A program made the position numbers and the translations under genes. This document shows positions 45,584-51,780 of a DNA stretch of 51,780 nucleotides, piece after piece. The notes beneath the pieces are model-generated. The model was not told the DNA's origin, did not search any database, and saw only the letters and a list, made by a program, of their open reading frames with translations. Position 1 is the first letter of the stretch, and the number at the start of each line of letters is the position of its first letter. Location of the stretch: positions 1 to 51,780 of the forward strand of contig JAQCJP010000001.1 of the NCBI GenBank assembly GCA_027592945.1. The letters are read 5' to 3'. The DNA is from Planctomycetota bacterium. Its GTDB lineage: Bacteria; Planctomycetota; Planctomycetia; Pirellulales; UBA1268.

Positions 45584-47431
45584 ATGGCTCCTGTGAAAGA
45601 CTTCTTCCGGCATTGGCATCCGCTGCAGTTCTGCCGCGGTGGAGTGGGGATTCTCGTGCTGCTGGTCTGCCCGCTCCGCGCAGCAGCCGATGCCGACGGC
45701 CCGCCCGTCACGGCGACGACGATCGAGCGGTTGGTTGCGGAACTTGGCGACCCAGAATACGCGGTCCGCGAAACAGCCAGCGAACAGCTCGCGACCCTCG
45801 GGCATGAGGCGGCCGACGCTTTGCTGACGGCGGCCGAGGCGAGCGCCGATCTTGAGGTTGCCTTGCGGGCCCGCTGGCTGGCAGACCCGGGATTACCGGG
45901 GCGGCCGTCCGATCCGCCGGCCGTGGCGACGCTCCTTGAAGCCCTCGAGCGGGCAGCCGGGGCTGATCGGATCAGGATCATGTACCGGCTGCTAAGGCTG
46001 GACGATGATGCCGGCATCGAGCCGTTGGCGAGACTGGTGCGACTGGCGCCGACGGCCGCCGGCTCACGGATCGCGGCGGCGCTCCTGGCCGGCGAGTGGC
46101 AGCCCGACGACCCCTACTGGCCGGCCATCGGGCCACGGATTCTGGCCGGCCTCGGCCAGAGTCAGCGGCCCGCGGCGGTATTTGTCCGCGGGCTGGTGGC
46201 CCAGACCACCGCCGCGAACCAGCCGGCTCCCGACGAAGGCCTGCAGGCCTGTCTCACGGCGCTCGACCTGCTCGACAGGGGTCTCGAGGTTGGTCCGCTG
46301 GCCGCAGCCGCGTCCGACGGCGAGCTCGCCGGGGCGTTGGAAACCGGGCGGATCTTTCGTCGCTGCCTTGTAGAACTGTTGGTCTGGAGCGGCCGCCGCA
46401 ACGATGCCCTCGCGCTGGCGGAAGCACTCTTTGAGCCTCCTCCCCCGGCCGCTGTTGACGATTCTGATGAACAGGCCGCTGCCGAACTCCAGTGGCTCGC
46501 GGATCACGGGCTGCCCGAGGCGGTCGACCTGGTGGCTGGTCGACTTGATCAGGACGATGTCTCGCCGCTGCTGCTCTACGCAGCCGCCATCGCCCGTCGG
46601 CCCGCCGCCGCGGAGGAGGCGGCGACACTGGCAGAACGCGCCCGTCGGCAGGTCACCGCGGCTGCCCCTGGCGATCGGGAACGCCTCCAACTGATCACCG
46701 CTATCACGCTGGCGAGCTGGGGCGGCTTTGAATGGGCCGGCCAGGCCTACCGTGATCTGCTTGCCGATCCCGACGCCACCCCGGAGCGGCGGGTGCAGAC
46801 CTCGATCCTCTATTCCGAGCTGCTCCACGAGCAGGGGCACGACGAGGCTGCCGCTGCCGTCCTGGCTGCAATCCTCGAGCCCGCCGGAGAACAGGCCGAG
46901 CAGGCAGCCATCCTCTTTAACCGCGACCCCCGCTCACTCCGATCTCGGATGCTCTACTTCGCGGCGTCGGCCGAGCCCGACCCAACCGCCTCCCGTCTGC
47001 TGCTGGAGAAATCCTTGGAGGCCTACTCCCGCGACGTCGACGCATTGATCGCGGTCTATCAGCGAGCAGACAACACGCCAGCGGAACAGGCCGAGGCTGC
47101 CGCACGCATTGCCCGGGCGGCCGCCCAGATCGAAGAGGAGATTCAGGCCGTGCCCGACGACCCCACGGGAAAAAACGAATACGCCTGGCTGGTGGCCAAC
47201 ACCGAGGGAGACCTCGATAAGGCGGTCCGCTACTCCCGGTCGTCTTTGGAGTCCTCACCGGAAAACGGCAGCTATCTCGACACGCTGGCCCATTGCCATG
47301 CCGCCGTCGGGAACCTGGAGCGGGCCGTTCGCACGCAGTGGCTTGCCGTCAAGCAGGAGCCGCACAGCCCACTGATCCGTCGCAACTACAAACGCTTTTT
47401 GTCGCGCGCCTCCGGAGCCCGTTCTGAATGA
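45584..47431 (+). CDS. Exported HEAT/TPR-repeat protein
   Basis: This is track ORF 45425..47431 trimmed to the ATG at 45584 (MAPVKDFF..GILVLLVCPLRAAADA). It has an N-terminal HEAT-like segment (LGDPEYAVRETASEQLATLG) and C-terminal TPR-like repeats (YLDTLAHCHAAVGNLERAV). Confidence 0.65.
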   Translation: MAPVKDFFRHWHPLQFCRGGVGILVLLVCPLRAAADADGPPVTATTIERLVAELGDPEYAVRETASEQLATLGHEAADALLTAAEASADLEVALRARWLADPGLPGRPSDPPAVATLLEALERAAGADRIRIMYRLLRLDDDAGIEPLARLVRLAPTAAGSRIAAALLAGEWQPDDPYWPAIGPRILAGLGQSQRPAAVFVRGLVAQTTAANQPAPDEGLQACLTALDLLDRGLEVGPLAAAASDGELAGALETGRIFRRCLVELLVWSGRRNDALALAEALFEPPPPAAVDDSDEQAAAELQWLADHGLPEAVDLVAGRLDQDDVSPLLLYAAAIARRPAAAEEAATLAERARRQVTAAAPGDRERLQLITAITLASWGGFEWAGQAYRDLLADPDATPERRVQTSILYSELLHEQGHDEAAAAVLAAILEPAGEQAEQAAILFNRDPRSLRSRMLYFAASAEPDPTASRLLLEKSLEAYSRDVDALIAVYQRADNTPAEQAEAAARIARAAAQIEEEIQAVPDDPTGKNEYAWLVANTEGDLDKAVRYSRSSLESSPENGSYLDTLAHCHAAVGNLERAVRTQWLAVKQEPHSPLIRRNYKRFLSRASGARSE

Positions 47432-48276
47432 GCTTTTCGACCCACCACCTCGCCGTCCGCGGCACCCGGCTGGCTGTTTCCACGGCCGGGTCGGGAGTGC
47501 CGCTGCTGCTGCTTCACGCCTTCCCCCTCGACCACCGGATGTGGGAGCAGCAGGAGCCACTTGCCGATTCGGTCCGGCTGATCGTGCCGGATCAGCGGGG
47601 CTTCGGAGCCAGCGGGGGGAGCCTCCCGGAGAGCATCGAGCAACTCGCCGACGATGCGGTGGCCCTGCTCGATGCCCTTCACATCGCCGGTCCGGCCGTC
47701 ATCGCTGGCATCTCGATGGGTGGCTACGTCGCTCAGCATGTGGCCGCCCGGCATCCTGATCGTGTCGCGGCGGTGATCCTGATCGACACCAAGCTCGAGG
47801 CCGACACCCCCGAGGCTCGAGCGGGCCGCACCGATCTGGCGGCCAAAGTTGGCCGGCTCGGTCAGGGAATCCTCGCCGACGCGATGATCCCCAGGCTGCT
47901 GGCGGTCAGCACCGATACCGAAACGCCCGAAGACCGCAGCCGCGTGGAGTCGGCCCTCCGCCGCATGATCATCGCCCAGCCGGTGGCGACGATCCAAGCG
48001 GCGCTCTCGGCGTTGGGCGACCGGCCCGACATGACCGAAGCGATGCGGCATCTCCACGTTCCCGCGCTGCTGGTTGCGGGGAGCGAAGACGCGATCACCC
48101 CGCCATCCTGCCTGGAAGCGGCCGAGGCGATCATCCCCCGGGCGAAACTGCTGATCGTCCCGGGTGCCGGCCACATGACGCCCCTCGAGCAGCCGGCCGT
48201 GTTCAACGAGGGAGTGCTCGAGTTTCTTCGGGAACTTCCCGCGGACCGGATGCGGGGGGCGGCCCAGGAGGCCTGA
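47428..48276 (+). CDS. Alpha/beta-fold hydrolase
   Basis: Motifs are PLLLLHAFP, PDQRGFG, the nucleophile elbow GISMGGYVA and the C-terminal GAGHM. The start overlaps the upstream stop as ATGA. Confidence 0.85.
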   Translation: MSFSTHHLAVRGTRLAVSTAGSGVPLLLLHAFPLDHRMWEQQEPLADSVRLIVPDQRGFGASGGSLPESIEQLADDAVALLDALHIAGPAVIAGISMGGYVAQHVAARHPDRVAAVILIDTKLEADTPEARAGRTDLAAKVGRLGQGILADAMIPRLLAVSTDTETPEDRSRVESALRRMIIAQPVATIQAALSALGDRPDMTEAMRHLHVPALLVAGSEDAITPPSCLEAAEAIIPRAKLLIVPGAGHMTPLEQPAVFNEGVLEFLRELPADRMRGAAQEA

Positions 48277-49315
48277 CCGACCGAGGGCCCGGTCCGGCCG
48301 CATGATCGTCAGCCGGCCGCGGCGTGCGAGCCGGACGTTCCTGAGAACCACGGAGCGGGGGGCCGGGAGTCCTGCCTGGCCGCCGGGGGCCATTCCAGCC
48401 ATCCCGCGGCTGTTCTCGCCCTTCCCCCTCCCGGCGGTCGCGGCCATCGTCCCAGCGGCGGGATAGCGACCGCGGATCGAAGCGGCCCAGCCACTCGAGC
48501 CGATCTTCAAGCGTCATCTCGATCGTGCCCCGCCGCATTGGCGGCGGCGTGGCCGCCACGATCACATGCCAAAGTCGGGCCGCGTCCCGGGCTCGGTCGT
48601 TGCGTGGATCGGCCAGCACCCGGGCCACCGCAACGAGATCCCGCCGCTCGATGCGGGAAAGCTCGCCCATCGAATCAACCGCCCGCTCCAGCCGGCTGCG
48701 TGCATCCACTGGCATTCCCAAGATTCGCCCCCGGCGGGCAGCGATCACCGCCTCGCCGCCATTGCCGGCTGCCTCCGCGGCGGCCAGGCTTTCGATCGCT
48801 TTGTCGAACTCTTGCGCCTCCTCGTGGAGCGCCTCCGGATCACGGCCGAATCGCAGCCACCGGGGTGGCGGTCCCTGGCCGGCGGCCATCCGGTTCGCCA
48901 ATGCTTCAAGAAAGGCGACGCTGCCCGCCTCGCGAAGGAGATCGAAGTTCTCGATGAGGGGCAGACTCTCGAGCACCTGCCGATCAGGATCAGGAGCCGT
49001 GATCCGGCCGGCGACCACGCCAGTCGCCAGGGCGACGGCGACAGCAAGGAGGGGAACCCCCCAACGCCGGCCGATACCGCCGTTCTCGGCACCGGGCCGA
49101 GCCCCGCCGGCAACCTTGGCAGCCACCAGGTCGACCGTGGTGGCGGCCAGGTCGATCCGCGCCGGCACCGTCGGCAGGCAGTCGAGCAAATCCCAGACCT
49201 CCCCGAGGTCGGCAGCGGGGCCATCGCGGCAGTCCCCTGTCGCTTCAGGCCGGGATGCCTGCTCCGGCCGAGTGTGCAGGTCGTGGTGGTCGGCTGGCTG
49301 AGCCACGACGTTCAC
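48203..49315 (-). CDS. Putative anti-sigma factor (single-pass membrane protein)
   Basis: This is track ORF 48203..49429 trimmed to the GTG at 49315, which overlaps the sigma stop as GTGA. It has one TM helix (WGVPLLAVAVALATGVVAG) and an Arg/Pro-rich tail. The function is assigned by position only. The last 74 nt overlap the convergent hydrolase gene. Confidence 0.5.
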   Translation of the reverse strand: MNVVAQPADHHDLHTRPEQASRPEATGDCRDGPAADLGEVWDLLDCLPTVPARIDLAATTVDLVAAKVAGGARPGAENGGIGRRWGVPLLAVAVALATGVVAGRITAPDPDRQVLESLPLIENFDLLREAGSVAFLEALANRMAAGQGPPPRWLRFGRDPEALHEEAQEFDKAIESLAAAEAAGNGGEAVIAARRGRILGMPVDARSRLERAVDSMGELSRIERRDLVAVARVLADPRNDRARDAARLWHVIVAATPPPMRRGTIEMTLEDRLEWLGRFDPRSLSRRWDDGRDRREGEGREQPRDGWNGPRRPGRTPGPPLRGSQERPARTPRPADDHAAGPGPRSVRPPGPPPASGPREVPEETRALPR

Positions 49316-49935
49316 TCCTCGAGATAGGGCTTGATCGCGTCGCGGAGCTGCTCGCGGGCTCGAAAGAGCAGCGACTTCACCGCCGCCACCGAGAGCCCCA
49401 TCGCGGCAGCAATCTCCTCGTGGGAGCACTGCTCGAACTTCGCAAGCAGGATCGCCATCCGCTGCCGGTCGCCGAGGCTCTCGACGGCCTTGCGGACCAC
49501 GCCCTGGAGTTCGCCGCGGTCAGCAATGCGGGCGGGCAAGAGCCCGCTGGCCGCCACCGCCAACTGGTCGAGGCCGATCTGGCTCGACGAGGCTGAGGCG
49601 GCCTGTGGCACGCCCCGTTCGCGGCGGCGGTAGGCCCGCTGCTTGAGGTCGCTGCAGACGTTGTTGGCGATCGTGTGCACCCAGGTGGTGAACTTGGCGG
49701 TCGGCTGGTAGCGGCCGCGGGCCCGGTAGACCCGCATGAAGGTCTCCTGGGCCAAGTCCTCGGCGGCGGCGTGGTCGCCGAGCTGGTGAAAGAAGAGCGT
49801 GACGAGCCGGTCCTGCCAAAGCTCGACGAGTTGGGCGAAGGCAGCCACGTCGCCATCGCGGACGCGGAGCATTAATGCGGTGGAGCGGTCACCCGCCGCG
49901 GAAGCCGGCAACACCGCCGAGTCAGTCGCCATCAC
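49312..49935 (-). CDS. ECF-type RNA polymerase sigma-70 factor
   Basis: Region 2 reads AEDLAQETFMRVYRARGRY..F.TWVHTIANN. Region 4 reads DRQRMAILLAKFEQCSHEEIAAAMGLSVAAVKSLLFRAREQLR. Confidence 0.9.
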   Translation of the reverse strand: MMATDSAVLPASAAGDRSTALMLRVRDGDVAAFAQLVELWQDRLVTLFFHQLGDHAAAEDLAQETFMRVYRARGRYQPTAKFTTWVHTIANNVCSDLKQRAYRRRERGVPQAASASSSQIGLDQLAVAASGLLPARIADRGELQGVVRKAVESLGDRQRMAILLAKFEQCSHEEIAAAMGLSVAAVKSLLFRAREQLRDAIKPYLEE

Positions 49936-49961
49936 CGAGCCTCTGGCGGGCGTGAAATGAA

Positions 49962-50034
49962 TGGAGCGGAGGAGGATCGAACTCCCAACCTCGGCATTGC
50001 GAACGCCGCGCTCTCCCAGTTGAGCTACCGCCCC
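49962..50034 (-). tRNA. tRNA-Ala (anticodon CGC)
   Basis: The reverse complement reads GGGGCGG TA GCTC AACTGGGA GAGC G CGGCG TTCGCAA TGCCG AGGTT GGGAG TTCGATC CTCCT CCGCTCC A. It forms a full cloverleaf with the G3:U70 alanine identity pair and a TTCGATC T-loop. No CCA is encoded. Confidence 0.9.
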
Positions 50035-50276
50035 GTGAGGATCCCAACCAAGGCCGTCGGCCGGGACGTTTCCCTCGCGAATCCTCGATCCTACGGCAGC
50101 CCCCGCGGGCTGTCCAGCGAGGGCCGGCCGGCGGCGAGGGACGTTCCGATCCGATCGTCTATTCTTTAGAGGATCACGACCTGGACCACGCTACGGGGCC
50201 GCCGCGGCGGCTCCGGACGACCGATCCGCGTGCCCCGCTCCTGGCTTCAGGCTTTCGCTCCCTCTTCAACGCTCGC

Positions 50277-51780
50277 ATGCCCGTCCCCCCGATCGTCGTC
50301 CGCGGCGCCCGCGAGCACAATCTCCGTGACGTAACCGTCGGGCTGCCCCGCGGCCGGCTGGTCTGCCTGTCGGGGGTGAGCGGCTCGGGCAAGTCGAGCC
50401 TCGCCTTCGACACGCTCTACGCCGAGGGCCAGCGGCGGTATGTCGAGAGCCTCTCGACCTTCGCCCGCCAGTTTCTCGGGCAGCTGCCCCGGCCTGACGT
50501 TGATGCCGTCACCGGCCTCTCCCCTTCGATCTCGATCGCTCAGAAGTCGGCCGGCACCAACCCCCGCTCGACCGTGGCGACGATGACGGAGATCCATGAC
50601 TTCCTGCGGGTGCTCTTCGCCCGCGTCGGCACGGCCCACTGCCCGGAGTGCGACGCGGTGCTCGAGGCCCAGCCGAGGGATCAGATCGTGGAGCGAATCC
50701 TGGCGGCCCGCGAGGGCCGGCGGGTGATGATCCTCGCGCCGGTGGTGCGGGAGGCGAAGGGCACGCACCGCGAGTTGTTCACCGATCTCGTCCGGCAAGG
50801 CTTCACCCGGGCCCGGGTCGACGGCGGCATCTGCCGGGTCGAGGATCCGCCCAAGCTCGAGAAACTTCTCAAGCACACGATCGACGTCGTGATCGACCGG
50901 CTCGTGCCCGGCGAGAGCTCCCGCAGCCGGCTGGCCGAGGCGGTCGAGCTGGCCCTCAAGACCAGCGGCGGCCAGGTGATCGTCGCCGAAGAAGAGCCCG
51001 ACACAAAAAGGGGACATTCTGCTTTTTCTGAGAGGCCCGAGAAGCACCTGAACGCAAAGGGTGAAAAAAGCAGAATGTCCCCTTTTTCCGATCTCGTGCT
51101 CTCCAGCCGCTATGCCTGCGCCGCCTGCGGGCTGAGCTACGACACGCCGGAACCGCAGCTGTTCAGTTTCAACAGCCCCCAAGGCGCCTGCCCGACCTGC
51201 GAGGGCCTCGGCGACATCTACGGGATCGACCCGGCCAAGCTCGTCACCGATCCCGACAAGTCGCTCCGCAAGGGAGCCCTCGGCGTGCTCGGCCGCTTCC
51301 GCGACATGCCCCGCTGGCTGCGGCGGCTCTTGAACGGCGTGGCCAACCATGCCGAGGCCAAAAAGAAGCTCGCACCGGGCACGCTCCTCGACACGCCCTG
51401 GCAGGATCTGACGCCGGCCCAGAAGAAGATCTGGCTCGACGGCACCGGCCTCGACACGATCAAGCTCTCCTGGCGGCGGGGCCGGGCCGAGCGAGGAGCC
51501 AACACGAAGTTCGAGGGCATCCGGGCCCTCCTGGCCAACCGCTGGCGAAACGCCAGAAGCGGCATCATCCGGCGGATGCTCGAGAAGCTGATGAGCGTCA
51601 CGCCCTGCCACGACTGCCGGGGCGCCAGGCTCTCCCCGCAGGCCCGGGCTGTCAGGATCACCACCGGCTCGGCCAGCTGGGCTGCGGCGGCGAAAGCAGG
51701 GGGCCGCGGTCCGGCCGCCACCGCGGCCGGCCGGAAGCGAACGACGAGCCGCGGCCGCCCGGCGGCAGCGAGTTCCGACG
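50277..51780 (+). CDS. uvrA: Excinuclease ABC subunit A (partial; continues beyond the right edge)
   Basis: This gene is not in the track because it has no stop inside the window. Manual translation from the ATG at 50277 reads MPVPPIVVRGAREHNLRDVTVGLPRGRLVCLSGVSGSGKSSLAFDTLYAEGQRRYVESLSTFARQFLGQ...SISIAQKS...YACAACGLSYDTPEPQLFSFNSPQGACPTCEGLG...CHDCRGARL. The long track ORF 50247..51611 on the minus strand is its antisense shadow. Confidence 0.9.
   Translation, partial: MPVPPIVVRGAREHNLRDVTVGLPRGRLVCLSGVSGSGKSSLAFDTLYAEGQRRYVESLSTFARQFLGQLPRPDVDAVTGLSPSISIAQKSAGTNPRSTVATMTEIHDFLRVLFARVGTAHCPECDAVLEAQPRDQIVERILAAREGRRVMILAPVVREAKGTHRELFTDLVRQGFTRARVDGGICRVEDPPKLEKLLKHTIDVVIDRLVPGESSRSRLAEAVELALKTSGGQVIVAEEEPDTKRGHSAFSERPEKHLNAKGEKSRMSPFSDLVLSSRYACAACGLSYDTPEPQLFSFNSPQGACPTCEGLGDIYGIDPAKLVTDPDKSLRKGALGVLGRFRDMPRWLRRLLNGVANHAEAKKKLAPGTLLDTPWQDLTPAQKKIWLDGTGLDTIKLSWRRGRAERGANTKFEGIRALLANRWRNARSGIIRRMLEKLMSVTPCHDCRGARLSPQARAVRITTGSASWAAAAKAGGRGPAATAAGRKRTTSRGRPAAASSD
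51005..51087. repeat. 83-nt AT-rich palindromic element (23-bp perfect stem, 37-nt loop) embedded in-frame in uvrA
   Basis: AAAAAGGGGACATTCTGCTTTTT (51005-51027) is the exact reverse complement of AAAAAGCAGAATGTCCCCTTTTT (51065-51087). By my count G+C is 38/83. The uvrA frame reads through it without a stop. Confidence 0.9.

Noticed and set aside
50247-51611. A 454-aa minus-strand ORF, the only track ORF covering this region.
   Set aside because: It is the antisense shadow of uvrA. The plus-strand frame from 50277 gives textbook UvrA motifs but is missing from the track because it has no stop in the window.

Overview
The segment is very GC-rich, with third codon positions almost all G/C. The gene content suggests a member of the Planctomycetota, which is inference only. 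The supporting gene types are exported WD40/TPR/HEAT proteins, a basic N-terminus with an LETRxLL motif, an ECF sigma factor, an MMPL transporter, a rhomboid protease and proline-rich linkers.

I can support about 43 protein genes, one tRNA-Ala(CGC), one clear intrinsic terminator and several repeat structures.

- **Housekeeping genes:** lnt (partial, left edge), metG, epmA, thiS-thiG-hisF, pilT, nadA, pyrE and uvrA (partial, right edge). Neither lnt nor uvrA is in the ORF track because each runs off the window; I translated both by hand.
- **Accessory content:** a secreted protein with two CBM2 and two GH18 domains, flanked by a sugar-isomerase-like gene and an FGGY kinase; an nfeD-nfeD-floA operon; an MMPL exporter; a GHKL ATPase; and a tRNA-Ala/ECF sigma/anti-sigma block.

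The most notable observations are:
1. An AT-rich 83-nt element with a perfect 23-bp stem sits in-frame inside uvrA.
2. A membrane-anchored GspE/PilB-like protein has lost its catalytic residues and is translationally coupled to an intact PilT and a CvpA-like protein.
3. A hairpin repeat of about 100-140 nt occurs twice and brackets the chitinase-kinase block.
4. A 537-nt intergenic region is packed with short inverted and direct repeats.
5. There is a lysine/alanine-rich histone-H1-like small protein.
6. There is a lysine-free lipoyl-like mini-protein coupled to lnt.
7. There is a thioredoxin-protease fusion.

I recognised no transposase, integrase, CRISPR array or rRNA. Alternative start coordinates come from manual codon counting against the ORF track. 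All family assignments come from motif recognition by eye, not from searches.
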